From assembly GCA_049611805.1 (NCBI GenBank), contig JBMZAX010000012.1:1088-65087 (forward strand): a DNA stretch of 64,000 nt, in the 5' to 3' direction. This DNA comes from Parvibaculales bacterium. Its GTDB lineage: Bacteria > Pseudomonadota > Alphaproteobacteria > RS24. The stretch's first letter is position 1, and the number at the start of each line of letters is the position of its first letter. Positions 50,377 through 60,180 of the stretch are shown in pieces. A program made the translations under genes and the position numbers. The notes beneath the pieces were generated by a model. It saw only the letters and a list, made by a program, of their open reading frames with translations. It made no database searches and had not been told where the DNA came from.

Positions 50377-51222
50377 GCGGCTCGCCACGCACCAGTCATT
50401 TTCGCGGTTTTTGCGATAAGCCCCGGCAATATCCGGCCCGTCGCCAATGCGCGCCAGCCCGAAACAACTCGCCCCGCTGCCGCTCATCCCCACACATGCC
50501 GCGCCACTGTCCAGCAGAGCCAGCAGACAGGCGGCAATTTCGGGCACCGCGTCAATCGCCGGTGCCGCCAGATCATTGCCCTGCCCGGTCACGAAATCGC
50601 ATAAATCGTCAAACCCCGCCATATCGGGCGGCGGAGACGGTTGTGCGGGTGGTTTGGTGTGGCAATTCAGGGCGGCAAACACCGTGCCCGTGGGCAGGGC
50701 AACACGCGGATTGACCAGAATAATATCCGCCGCCGGCAGGTTTTCGAGGCGCGCAATTTCCACACCCGTTCCGGTCATCCAGCCGGGCCCCGGCGCGAGG
50801 CAGGCCGGCACATCTGCGCCCAAGGCGCGCGCCAGGCCCGCGCATTGGGCTTGGGACACATCCAGTTCAAACAATCGGGTGAGGCCGTTCAGCACAGCCG
50901 CCGCATCCGCCGAGCCGCCGCCCAGCCCCCCGGCCACCGGCAAATTCTTGTGCAGGTGAATATCGGTGACCAGCGGCTTGCCGATATGAGCTTCCAGAGA
51001 CCGCAAGGCACGGATGATGAGATTGGTCTCATCTGCCGGTACAATGCCTGAACCTGCAACTGTCAGGCGTGTCGTCGATGCTTTGGCAAGCTCAAGCGTG
51101 TCGCCGTGATCGGTAAAAGCGACCAGACTTTCAAGCTCATGATATCCGTCCTCGCGCCGACCCGTAATGCGCAGGCTGAGATTGACCTTCGCCGGCGCCG
51201 TTATCATCAGCTTTTCGGGCAT
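50332..51222 (-). CDS. ispE: 4-(cytidine 5'-diphospho)-2-C-methyl-D-erythritol kinase
   Basis: 296 aa. KVNLSLRITGRR..., GHMP kinase motif PVAGGLGGGSADAAA. Its 3' end overlaps the ispB 3' end by 45 nt (convergent). Confidence 0.9.
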   Translation of the reverse strand: MPEKLMITAPAKVNLSLRITGRREDGYHELESLVAFTDHGDTLELAKASTTRLTVAGSGIVPADETNLIIRALRSLEAHIGKPLVTDIHLHKNLPVAGGLGGGSADAAAVLNGLTRLFELDVSQAQCAGLARALGADVPACLAPGPGWMTGTGVEIARLENLPAADIILVNPRVALPTGTVFAALNCHTKPPAQPSPPPDMAGFDDLCDFVTGQGNDLAAPAIDAVPEIAACLLALLDSGAACVGMSGSGASCFGLARIGDGPDIAGAYRKNRENDWCVASRLIGAGDAEIAQLYQ

Positions 51223-52956
51223 TCAGATTTCCGTGCCGCCCATCAGGGCTTCCGGCGCAATTTCGGGCATGGCCTCCAGCCCCGTCACGAGTTTGTTTTC
51301 GATTTTCTCGCGGTCTTCCTCAACCGGATCAAAGGCCAGTGCCTTGCGCCATTGATAGCGCGCCTCAACTTCGCGCCCCAGACGCCACAGCACATCGCCC
51401 AAATGCTCGGTAATCACCGGATCGGTGGGTTCCAGCCGTGAGGCGTGTTCGAGATATCCCAGCGCCTTTTCATGCTCGCCCAGCCGGTAATGCGCCCAGC
51501 CCAGACTGTCGACGAAAAAGCCGTTTGACGGCTCCTTGCGCACGGCCAGTTCGATAATCGCCAGACCTTCTTTCAGATAAATGCCCTGATCGACCCAGCT
51601 ATAGCCCAGATAATTCAGCACATGCGGCTCGTCTCCCGACAATTGACGGGCTTTTTGCAAATCCACCTCGGCCATAATCCAATTGCCCTGCCGCTCGCGG
51701 GTAATGCCGCGGGCAAAATACAAATGCCAGTGAATGGCGCGCTCTTGGTCGATCAGCCCGATAGCCTTGTCATAGGCCTGTTCGGCCTCCTCGAAGCGGA
51801 AGCGGAAGCGCAGCATGTCGCCCAGTGCCACCAGCGCCTCAATGTCTTCATCCGTATCGGTCATCACCGCATAAAGAACCGATATTGCTTCTTCAACCGC
51901 ATCGGCCTCATTCAGCATTTCCGCGCGTTTGATTTGTGCCGCGCGATACATGGTCTGTCCGGGCGCAATCAGTGCAAACCGGTCATGCGCCGCCGCCCAG
52001 CGCTGGTTGCGGCCAAATATCTCCGCCGTCATGAACATGGCGATATCGCTATCGGGTTCCAGAAACAGCGCCAAATGCGCATATGCCAGAGCCAGTTCAA
52101 GGCGGCTTTCGCGCTCCATCACCTCGGCCACGGCGAAAAACGCATAGGCCATTTGCACATTTACCGCGCGCGGCAATTCAGGTGCCGGCGCACCGGTTTC
52201 CAGACGCGCCAACCCGGCCAGAATATGCGGATGGGTGAGATGCGTATCGTGATAATCTTCGTACAGTTTGCGCGCGCCGCGCGTGTCTCCCTTGCGCTCA
52301 AGATAGGCACCATAGGCTTTGACGAAAAAGAAATAGCCCGCCCCGCCCGCGCGGGCCCCTGTCTCGTAAGCCTCGTCGGCACTTGTCAGATCGCCTGCAA
52401 GTTCCAGCGCGCGCGCCACCTGCAACATGCTGATCGGCGTGAACGCCGCGGTGCGGCGCAATTGCGATATGGTGGTTTGCACATCATCATCGCGCGCTTT
52501 GGCGACGGCCATCCACAGGCGAATATTCGGCTCCAAAAGCCGCGCCATCGGGCCTTTATGCATCTTGTCCAGATAGCGCCCCGCCCGCGCATAACGCCCG
52601 GCCTCAAAACTGTTTATGGCAAGCAAAAGGCCTGCTTGCTGGTTTTCCGGCGTCTGTTTGACAAGGTCGCGGGCAATTTCAACCGCCTGGGGAACCTGCC
52701 CGCCGACCAGTCGGGCGCGCATGGCATTTTGCAGCAAATCCTTGTCATCCGGGTCGGTTTTCAGTGCCCGTTCCAGATAATCGCCGGCCTGTGTCAAATC
52801 ATTGCTGCTCAGGGCAAATTGCGCCGCAAGATAAGCTCCGGCCAACCCCGGAGGGCGAACGAAATGCGAGGTGCGCGTCAGCACAAACGCGCCCAGCGCA
52901 ACCCCGACAACCAGCGATCCGGCCAGCCCCAATAGCAGGTAGTGCCTAAATTTCAT
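51223..52956 (-). CDS. tetratricopeptide-repeat protein with N-terminal TM anchor
   Basis: Start set to ATG 52956 (MKFRHYLLLGLAG...) preceded by AGGAG. Multiple TPR units through the C-terminus. Directly upstream of ispE. Confidence 0.75.
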   Translation of the reverse strand: MKFRHYLLLGLAGSLVVGVALGAFVLTRTSHFVRPPGLAGAYLAAQFALSSNDLTQAGDYLERALKTDPDDKDLLQNAMRARLVGGQVPQAVEIARDLVKQTPENQQAGLLLAINSFEAGRYARAGRYLDKMHKGPMARLLEPNIRLWMAVAKARDDDVQTTISQLRRTAAFTPISMLQVARALELAGDLTSADEAYETGARAGGAGYFFFVKAYGAYLERKGDTRGARKLYEDYHDTHLTHPHILAGLARLETGAPAPELPRAVNVQMAYAFFAVAEVMERESRLELALAYAHLALFLEPDSDIAMFMTAEIFGRNQRWAAAHDRFALIAPGQTMYRAAQIKRAEMLNEADAVEEAISVLYAVMTDTDEDIEALVALGDMLRFRFRFEEAEQAYDKAIGLIDQERAIHWHLYFARGITRERQGNWIMAEVDLQKARQLSGDEPHVLNYLGYSWVDQGIYLKEGLAIIELAVRKEPSNGFFVDSLGWAHYRLGEHEKALGYLEHASRLEPTDPVITEHLGDVLWRLGREVEARYQWRKALAFDPVEEDREKIENKLVTGLEAMPEIAPEALMGGTEI

Positions 52957-53015
52957 CAAAACTCCTGTTGGACACGAGTTTATCAGGACACCCCGCAGGC
53001 GCAATATCGGAAAAA

Positions 53016-54728
53016 TTACATATTGGGATAGTTCGGCCCGCCGGCGCCTTCCGGCACGACCCAGTTAATGTTCTGGCTGGGGTCTTTGATGTCGCAGGTT
53101 TTGCAATGCACGCAGTTTTGCGCATTGATTTGCAGACGCGGGTTTTCACCCGTCTCCTCGCGAACAATTTCATAGACACCGGCCGGACAATAACGTTGGG
53201 CGGGCTCGTCATATTCGGGCAAATTGACATCCACCGGAACGGACGCATTTTTGAGCGTCAGATGCGCCGGCTGGTCTTCTTCGTGATTTGTTGCCGACAA
53301 AAACACCGAAGACAGCTTGTCAAACGCCACCTCGCCATCGGGTTTGGGATAATCGATCGGCTTGCACGCATCGGCTTTTTTCATGGCCGCATGGTCGGGC
53401 TTGCCGTGTGACAGGGTGAACGGCAGACCGATACCAAGCGTGCGCATCCACATTTCAACGCCGCCCAGCATTGTGCCGAGAATGTTACCGAATTTGGTCA
53501 GCAACGGTTTCACATTGCGCACCAACTTCAATTCTTTTGCCACGCGGCTTTCTTCATAAGCCTGCTGATAGGCACTCAGCTCATCATAGGAGCGGCCCTC
53601 GCCCAGCGCCGCAAAAGCGGCTTCGGCGGCCATAATGCCGGTTTCCATGGCATTGTGGCTGCCCTTGATGCGCGGCACGTTTACAAAACCCGCCGAGCAG
53701 CCAATCAGCGCCCCGCCCGGAAATGCCAGCTTCGGCACCGACTGATAACCGCCTTCGGTAATCGCGCGCGCGCCGTAGGAGACGCGCTTGCCGCCCTCAA
53801 GCGTCTGACGAATGACGGGATGCATTTTGAAACGCTGAAACTCGTCATAGGGCGACAGATGCGGGTTCTGGTAATTCAGATGCGTGACAAAACCGATTGA
53901 GACGAAATTTTCGCCGAAATGGTAGAGCCAAGAGCCGCCACCCGTCGAATTGTCAAGCGGCCAGCCCAATGTGTGTTGCACATAGCCGGGTTTATGGTTT
54001 TCCGGCGCGACCTGCCACAATTCCTTAATGCCGATGCCAAATTTCTGAAAATCGCTGTCGGCATCAAGATTATATTGGGCAATCGCCGCCTTGGACAGCG
54101 ACCCGCGCACGCCTTCGGCCAAAAATGTGTATTTCGCGTGCAGTTCCATGCCCGGCATCCAGCCGTCTTTTTTCTCGCCGGTTTTCGACACGCCCATATC
54201 GCCGGTGGCGACACCGCGCACCGCGCCGTTTTCGTCAAACAGCAATTCAGCCGCGGCAAAGCCCGGATAAATTTCAACGCCCATGGCTTCGGCCTGTTCG
54301 GCCAGCCAGCGCGCGACATTGCCGAGGCTGGCAATGTAATTGCCGTGGTTTTTCATCAGAGGCGGCAGCATGAAGTTCGGCAATGGCAGGGCACCGGCCG
54401 GGCCCAGCACCAAAAAGCGGTCTGAGGTTACCGGCGTTTCCAGCGGTGCGCCGCGCTCTTTCCAGTCGGGAAACAGGCGGTTGATGCCCACCGGATCAAT
54501 CACCGCGCCGGAGAGAATATGCGCCCCGACTTCGGAGCCTTTTTCAAGCACGCAGACGGAGACTTCCTGGCCGCTTTCTTCCGCCATTTGCTTCAGGCGG
54601 ATCGCCGCCGACAGACCCGCAGGACCGGCGCCCACAATCACCACATCATATTCCATGGCCTCGCGCTCTTCGGGTGCCAGCGCCCAGCCCTGTCGGGCAT
54701 TGACCTGATTGACAGGTAATTCAGTCAT
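53016..54728 (-). CDS. electron transfer flavoprotein-ubiquinone oxidoreductase
   Basis: FAD motif DVVIVGAGPAGL and C-terminal 4Fe-4S region CPAGVYE...NCVHCKTCDIKDP. Start set to ATG 54728 (MTELPV...) preceded by GAGG. Confidence 0.9.
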   Translation of the reverse strand: MTELPVNQVNARQGWALAPEEREAMEYDVVIVGAGPAGLSAAIRLKQMAEESGQEVSVCVLEKGSEVGAHILSGAVIDPVGINRLFPDWKERGAPLETPVTSDRFLVLGPAGALPLPNFMLPPLMKNHGNYIASLGNVARWLAEQAEAMGVEIYPGFAAAELLFDENGAVRGVATGDMGVSKTGEKKDGWMPGMELHAKYTFLAEGVRGSLSKAAIAQYNLDADSDFQKFGIGIKELWQVAPENHKPGYVQHTLGWPLDNSTGGGSWLYHFGENFVSIGFVTHLNYQNPHLSPYDEFQRFKMHPVIRQTLEGGKRVSYGARAITEGGYQSVPKLAFPGGALIGCSAGFVNVPRIKGSHNAMETGIMAAEAAFAALGEGRSYDELSAYQQAYEESRVAKELKLVRNVKPLLTKFGNILGTMLGGVEMWMRTLGIGLPFTLSHGKPDHAAMKKADACKPIDYPKPDGEVAFDKLSSVFLSATNHEEDQPAHLTLKNASVPVDVNLPEYDEPAQRYCPAGVYEIVREETGENPRLQINAQNCVHCKTCDIKDPSQNINWVVPEGAGGPNYPNM

Positions 54729-54994
54729 CTCAAACCTCATAAAATCAATATTCGGATACAATTTACCACAAACAACCGCACCCGCCAAAGAGTGCTGAAT
54801 TTAAGCGGGCATTGGCAAAACTGCAATGTGTGGCCCCTGCGACCCAATGTCATGCTATTGTGACAATTGAAAGTGATTCGTTTTTGCGGCGCAGTTCCGG
54901 CCAAACCGGTCGTACGGGAAGCGCCGGAAACATCGAAAGCACTGACAAATCAGGGAAACTTTTTCTTGCCCGCCAAATAGATGCAATTTGATAC

Positions 54995-55882
54995 ATGCAG
55001 CTTGAACGTCCAGAAATTGCCGATCTTTTAAAATTTCACATTGAGGCCGGTTGCGCCGATATTCTCGATGACATGCCGGTCAATCATTTTGCCGAAGCTG
55101 AACCCGCTTCACACGAATCTGCCTCGCCGGAACCTGCCTCGCCGGAACCTGCTGCAATGAAACAGGCGGCCTATGCAGGCCTTCAAGAAAGCGCAAGCCC
55201 CCTTGCAACACCCGCCGCGGCGGCTGTAACGCCGGCCGTTGTTGCCGCGCAAATCAATCCGGCCGCGCCCCAAAATGGAGCCGCCGGCGACAACGCAACA
55301 TTGGCTAAAAACGCCAAAACGCTGGACGAACTCGCCGCCGCGCTTGAGCGCTTTGACGGGTGCGGCCTGAAAAAAACCGCGAAATCCACCGTGTTTTCCG
55401 ACGGTGTAAGCTCGGCCCGCATCATGCTTGTCGGCGAAGCACCGGGACAGGATGAAGACCGCACCGGCAAACCTTTTGTCGGGCGCAGCGGGCAATTGCT
55501 TGATGCCATGATGGCAACCATTGGGCTTTCGCGGGCCGACAATCTATACATTGCCAATGTCATTCCATGGCGGCCACCGGGCAATCGCGCGCCTTCGGTC
55601 GATGAGTTGGAAACCTGCAAACCCTTTATTCTGCGCCAGATTGAACTGGCCGCGCCCGAAATAATCGTGCTGGTGGGCGGCACTTCGGCAAAAACGCTGT
55701 TGAACACCGAAACCGGCATCACGCGGTTGCGCGGCAAATGGCAAACGCTTGAAATTGGCGGGCGGGCCATTCCGGCACTGCCGTTTTTCCATCCGGCCTA
55801 TGTGTTGCGGCGGCCCGAAACCAAAATCGATGTCTGGGCCGATTTATGCGCGCTCAAACAAAAGCTGGATACGGGCTCATGA
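54995..55882 (+). CDS. family 4 uracil-DNA glycosylase with ~110-aa N-terminal extension
   Basis: 295 aa. Motif [21 protein letters not shown] and motif [10 protein letters not shown]. Confidence 0.85.
   Translation: MQLERPEIADLLKFHIEAGCADILDDMPVNHFAEAEPASHESASPEPASPEPAAMKQAAYAGLQESASPLATPAAAAVTPAVVAAQINPAAPQNGAAGDNATLAKNAKTLDELAAALERFDGCGLKKTAKSTVFSDGVSSARIMLVGEAPGQDEDRTGKPFVGRSGQLLDAMMATIGLSRADNLYIANVIPWRPPGNRAPSVDELETCKPFILRQIELAAPEIIVLVGGTSAKTLLNTETGITRLRGKWQTLEIGGRAIPALPFFHPAYVLRRPETKIDVWADLCALKQKLDTGS
55119..55152. repeat. perfect 15-nt in-frame tandem duplication (CTGCCTCGCCGGAAC x2, plus CTGC) in the UDG N-terminal extension
   Basis: Read directly. Encodes the repeated ASPEP in ...[17 protein letters not shown]. 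Confidence 0.95.
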
Positions 55883-57642
55883 CACGCGGGGTTTTCATGG
55901 GTGTCGCGCTGGCGCTATTTTTGGCGCCGATCGATGCCTCCGCCCTGTCGCCGGAAGACCGCCAGGGCTTGCGCCCCCTGCCCCGCCCGGATTATGTGCG
56001 CCCCGACAAGCCGGAAGATTCCGCACTCTATCGTGAAATTTTTGCACTGCAGGAAAGCGCCAAATGGAGCCGCGCCGACCGGCTCATCCGGCAGGTGGGC
56101 GACCCGTTGCTGATGGGGCATGTTTTGTTTCAACGCTACATGCACCCCACCGCCTATCGCGCCAAATGGACCGAATTGCGCGACTGGCTGAAAAACTACG
56201 CCGATCATCCGGGCGCATGGCGGGTTTATAAGCTCGCCCAAAAGCGCAAGCCCCGCGGCATTGCCATGCCCAAGCGACCGCCCGCGCGCATCTATCATCA
56301 AGACAAGGCAAGCAGTGCCTCGGCCCTGTTTCAAACGCGCACCAAACGGCGCATTCGGCGCGAGGTCTATCGCCTGATACGCCGCGAACGCCCGACGCAG
56401 GCCCTGAAATATATTTCCGCCAAGGGGCAGGATCGCCGCTTGAAGGCGGCTGAAACCGATTTTCTGAAATCGCTGATTGCGCGGAGTTATTATATTGAAG
56501 GCAAAGTCGCCTCATCGCTGAAACTGGCACAGGAAGCCACCCGCAGCCGGGCCCGCGTGCCGATGTCGGACTGGCATGCGGGGCTGGCCGCCTGGCGGCT
56601 GGGAAAAGCTGATCTGGCGACCGAGCATTTCGCGCGGCTTGCCGATACAAACACCATCAGCGCACAATTGCGCGCGCGCGCCGCCTATTGGACCGCGCGG
56701 GGCCTGCGCAAAGCGGGCAAAATCAGCGAGGCCGAGCCCTATTTCAAAATTGCCGCCGAATCCGGCCCGTATTTTTACGCCCTGCTGGGCATGCAACAAG
56801 TCACCGGACAAATGCAAATCGACTGGCAAAAAGCGACGCGGCGTGACTCGACCATTTTTGCGACCCACCCCGTTTTGCGCCGCGCCGAAGCCTTGCGCGC
56901 GGCCGGCCAGGGCGAATTGGCGGAGTTGGAACTTTTATATCTGCAAGAACGATTGTCTGAGCCCGAAGCGCGCGCCATGCTGGCTTATGCGGAAGAAAAC
57001 GCCTATCCGGCGGTGCAACTCTCCGTCGCCCAGCGTCTCGGCCTGCAAATTAAGGGCAGCGTGCCCCTGACCGTGCTGGACAGCAGTTACCCGACCCTGC
57101 CGCAACAGGCCGAAACGCGCGTCGATCAGGCCATATTGCTGGCGCTCGTGCGGCAGGAAAGCCGTTTCAAGGCGCGCGCCAAATCATCTGCCGGTGCGCG
57201 CGGCCTGATGCAGATTATGCCGCGCACGGCGGCCTTTATTACCGGCGACCGCCAGCTTGCCTGGCGCAAGGGCCGCGACCGCCTGCTCAAGGCAGACCTC
57301 AATTTGGCGATCGGGCAGCAATATCTCACCATGCTGATGGGCGATGAATATTTCGACAATAATCTGATTTTTGCGCTCGCCGCCTATAATGCCGGGCCCG
57401 GCACATTGCGCCGCTGGCGGCGCGAACTCGACGGTGTTGAAGACCCGCTTTTGTTCATCGAAAGCATGTCGGCCGGTGAAACCCGCAAATATGTGCAAAA
57501 AGTCATGGCAAATATGTGGATCTACCGAAACAAATTCGGGCAGGAGCCGGTCAGCTTACGCATATTGGCGGCGGAAAGCTGGCCGCTTTATGTGCCGCAA
57601 GACCGGCGCGCGCGCCTGATGCCGGCCGGCATCAACAATTAA
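55879..57642 (+). CDS. soluble lytic murein transglycosylase (Slt-like)
   Basis: Start set to ATG 55879 ([22 protein letters not shown] signal), an ATGA overlap with the UDG stop. SLT catalytic domain [25 protein letters not shown] ... AAYNAGPG. Confidence 0.8.
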   Translation: MTRGVFMGVALALFLAPIDASALSPEDRQGLRPLPRPDYVRPDKPEDSALYREIFALQESAKWSRADRLIRQVGDPLLMGHVLFQRYMHPTAYRAKWTELRDWLKNYADHPGAWRVYKLAQKRKPRGIAMPKRPPARIYHQDKASSASALFQTRTKRRIRREVYRLIRRERPTQALKYISAKGQDRRLKAAETDFLKSLIARSYYIEGKVASSLKLAQEATRSRARVPMSDWHAGLAAWRLGKADLATEHFARLADTNTISAQLRARAAYWTARGLRKAGKISEAEPYFKIAAESGPYFYALLGMQQVTGQMQIDWQKATRRDSTIFATHPVLRRAEALRAAGQGELAELELLYLQERLSEPEARAMLAYAEENAYPAVQLSVAQRLGLQIKGSVPLTVLDSSYPTLPQQAETRVDQAILLALVRQESRFKARAKSSAGARGLMQIMPRTAAFITGDRQLAWRKGRDRLLKADLNLAIGQQYLTMLMGDEYFDNNLIFALAAYNAGPGTLRRWRRELDGVEDPLLFIESMSAGETRKYVQKVMANMWIYRNKFGQEPVSLRILAAESWPLYVPQDRRARLMPAGINN

Positions 57643-57649
57643 CCGGTAC

Positions 57650-58138
57650 TTATTGCAGCCGGTCTTTCAATTCGGAAATATTTTGCTCGATAAGCGTGTT
57701 GGCCTGTTGCGCGCTCATGCCCGTCTCAATGAGATGGGCGGCGGCATCCACGGCCAGCCGCGTAATGGCCGCGCGCACCTCGCCGACCAATTGTTCTTCG
57801 GCGCGGGCGATTTTGCTTTCGGCCTGCGCGGTGCGGCGTTCAAGCTGGGCTTGCATGGCGGTGCGGGCTTCTTCGGCCAAACGCTGGGCCGTCTCGCGCG
57901 CTTCCGTCACAATTTCTTCGGCCTGCTGTTCGGCAGATTTGCGGCGGGTTTCGTAATCGGCAAGCAGCGCTTCGGCCTCTTCACGAAGTTTGCGGGCCTC
58001 GTCCAGCTCGTCGGCGATCTCGGCCGATTTTGCATCCAGCGCGGCCAGCAAACGCTGCGGCAGTTTCAAATATAAAAACGCCGCAATAACGGTGGCAAAA
58101 GCAAGCGCGACAAAAAAGGATTCATCAAACATCTGCAT
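57650..58138 (-). CDS. atpF: F0F1 ATP synthase subunit b
   Basis: 162 aa. Single N-terminal TM then a long A/E/R-rich helix. Last gene of the F0 operon. TGATG junction with b'. Confidence 0.85.
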   Translation of the reverse strand: MQMFDESFFVALAFATVIAAFLYLKLPQRLLAALDAKSAEIADELDEARKLREEAEALLADYETRRKSAEQQAEEIVTEARETAQRLAEEARTAMQAQLERRTAQAESKIARAEEQLVGEVRAAITRLAVDAAAHLIETGMSAQQANTLIEQNISELKDRLQ

Positions 58139-58623
58139 CAGCCTTTCTGCGCGGCTTTGAGCGCCGCATCAATGTCGGCGTCACCCGGCGTGGCGAGGCC
58201 GACGGCCTGAATCACATCGCCGACGACATCGCGCGCCGCCGCATCAAGACCGCCAAGCGCGGCATCGCGCGCGGCTTGCAGGCGCGCTTCGGCTTTTTGC
58301 GCTTCTTCTGCGAGGCGGGCATCAAGCTCGGCCTTTTGCCGGTCGGTTTCGGCCTGAATTTCAGCGCGCATTTCCTGCGCCAGAGCCAGCGCATTATTAC
58401 GCGCCTGCTGCAGCGCCGCATCATAGGCCGCCAAAGCGGCCTCAGCATCTGCGCGCAATTTTTCGGCGGCTTCCAAATCCCCGTCAATCCGGCCCTGGCG
58501 GGTCGCCAGCGTGCGCGTGATGCGCGGCAAAACAAACACCGACAAGACCAGCAACATGGTGCCGAAACAAACGGCAAGCCAAAAAAGCTGGGACGGGAAA
58601 CTGGCAGGATCAAGCTGCGGCAT
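58138..58623 (-). CDS. atpF2: F0F1 ATP synthase subunit b' (second b-type subunit)
   Basis: 161 aa. MPQLDPASFPSQLFWLAVCF... is the typical b' N-terminus of alphaproteobacteria. Followed by subunit b. Confidence 0.85.
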   Translation of the reverse strand: MPQLDPASFPSQLFWLAVCFGTMLLVLSVFVLPRITRTLATRQGRIDGDLEAAEKLRADAEAALAAYDAALQQARNNALALAQEMRAEIQAETDRQKAELDARLAEEAQKAEARLQAARDAALGGLDAAARDVVGDVIQAVGLATPGDADIDAALKAAQKG

Positions 58624-58674
58624 GATGCACTCCTAATAGGGCTTCAAGCACCAAAAGATCGCGTGCGGCCCGGC

Positions 58675-58902
58675 TCAGACCACAAACAGCAGGATGAGGG
58701 CGATAATCAGACCGAAAAGACCTGTGGCCTCTGCCAGTGCAAAGCCCAAAAGCAGGTTCGGAAACTGGCTTTGTGCCGCTGACGGGTTGCGCAAGGCACC
58801 TGCCAGATAATTGCCGAAAATCGTTCCGATGCTGATACCGGCACCGGCAAGGGCGATACATGCGATACCTGCGCCAATATATTTTGCTGCTTCTGCTTCC
58901 AT
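58675..58902 (-). CDS. atpE: F0F1 ATP synthase subunit c
   Basis: Start set to ATG 58902 ([14 protein letters not shown]...) with GGAGG upstream. Helical hairpin with [11 protein letters not shown] (proton-carrying Glu). Confidence 0.95.
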   Translation of the reverse strand: MEAEAAKYIGAGIACIALAGAGISIGTIFGNYLAGALRNPSAAQSQFPNLLLGFALAEATGLFGLIIALILLFVV

Positions 58903-58948
58903 GAGATAATCCTCCAAAAATGCCCGCGGGCGTTAGGTTAAAGTTCCG

Positions 58949-59725
58949 TTAGTGATCCATATGGATGGCTTCGTTGAGATAAATGCACGTCAAGATTGTG
59001 AACACATAGGCCTGCAATCCGGCGATGAGCAATTCCAGACCGGTAAAGGCGACCATCAGCGCAAATGGCGCAATCGCCAGCGGTGCCAGCCCTGCGGAGC
59101 TGAGCCCGACAACAAAGCCGCCGAAAATTTTGAGCATGGTATGGCCGGCCATCATATTGCCGAACAGACGCACAGACAGGCTGACCGGACGCGTCAGATA
59201 GGAAATCAATTCGATAACCACCAGCAGGGGCATCAAAATGGCGGGAATGCCCGACGGCACGAAAAGCTTCAAAAACCCGACGCCATGGCGGGCAAAGCCG
59301 ACCAGCGTGACCAGCATGAACACGGTTGCGGCCAGCGCAAAAGTGACAATCAGATGGCTGGTGACGGTAAAGCTATAGGGCAACATGCCGAGCATGTTGC
59401 AGAAGAGAATGAACATGAACAGCGAGAAGATGAACGGAAAATAGCGCATGCCCTCAGTGCCGATATTTTCCTGAATCATATCGGCGATGAATTTATAGGC
59501 CATTTCGCCCATTAATTGCAGACGCCCCGGCACCAGCGCAGACCGGCTTGAAGCGGCCAGCATGAAGGTGCCGATGAGACCGACGGCCAAAACCATCCAT
59601 AATGATGAGTTGGTGAAAGACGTGTCGATACCGGCGACAGACGGCAATTCGATAATGGGGTGCACCTCGAACTGGTGCATCGGATCCAAACCGGCGCCAC
59701 CTTCAGCGTTTTTACTGCCAGCCAC
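58949..59725 (-). CDS. atpB: F0F1 ATP synthase subunit a
   Basis: 258 aa. Polytopic, with conserved LSVRLFGNMMAGH (essential Arg). Confidence 0.95.
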   Translation of the reverse strand: MAGSKNAEGGAGLDPMHQFEVHPIIELPSVAGIDTSFTNSSLWMVLAVGLIGTFMLAASSRSALVPGRLQLMGEMAYKFIADMIQENIGTEGMRYFPFIFSLFMFILFCNMLGMLPYSFTVTSHLIVTFALAATVFMLVTLVGFARHGVGFLKLFVPSGIPAILMPLLVVIELISYLTRPVSLSVRLFGNMMAGHTMLKIFGGFVVGLSSAGLAPLAIAPFALMVAFTGLELLIAGLQAYVFTILTCIYLNEAIHMDH

Positions 59726-59728
59726 GCT

Positions 59729-60106
59729 TTACTCCTCTTGGTCGGGCTCCCGCGCGGTGCCCGCTGCGTTTTGATCCAGAGACCGGCGCATTTCATTCAC
59801 CGTCCGGACAGAATTTACGACCCCGGCAATCATGCCGAGAAAAAGTAGTATCAGCAGGAAAGCCGGAGCCGTGCCGAACCATTTGTCCATCCACCAGCCC
59901 ACAAAACCGCCGACCCCGATACCCGCCAACATCTCAACGGTAAACCGATAGGCCAACCCAAGCATGCTGGCATGGCCTCGGTTCTTTTCGACCGGCTGCT
60001 GCCTGCCTCTGGTCTCCGCAATTCGTGCCGCCAAATCATCGAGCGCATCGCGCTTGTCAGATGGCGGAGGCTGGGGGTCGCGCGAGCCTGTCACAGCGCC
60101 CACCAA
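59729..60106 (-). CDS. atpI: AtpZ/AtpI family ATP synthase protein I
   Basis: 125 aa. Two TM helices (FTVEMLAGIGVGGFVGWWMDKW..., FLLILLFLGMIAGVV). First gene of the F0 operon. Start (TTG 60106 or GTG 60103) is uncertain. Confidence 0.75.
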   Translation of the reverse strand: MVGAVTGSRDPQPPPSDKRDALDDLAARIAETRGRQQPVEKNRGHASMLGLAYRFTVEMLAGIGVGGFVGWWMDKWFGTAPAFLLILLFLGMIAGVVNSVRTVNEMRRSLDQNAAGTAREPDQEE

Positions 60107-60136
60107 CCGGCGAAACCCGGCTCCCAGATTGGGGGC

Positions 60137-60165
60137 ACACTACTTACTGGCTTGTGGAATGTCAA
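60137..60165 (-). promoter_or_regulatory. sigma70-like promoter candidate for the F0 operon (TTGACA-N17-TAGTGT)
   Basis: Minus strand: TTGACA (60165-60160), 17-nt spacer, TAGTGT (60142-60137). It sits in the 74-nt gap between the smc stop and atpI. Motif reading only. Confidence 0.35.
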
Positions 60166-60180
60166 GCGACGATACCCCAT

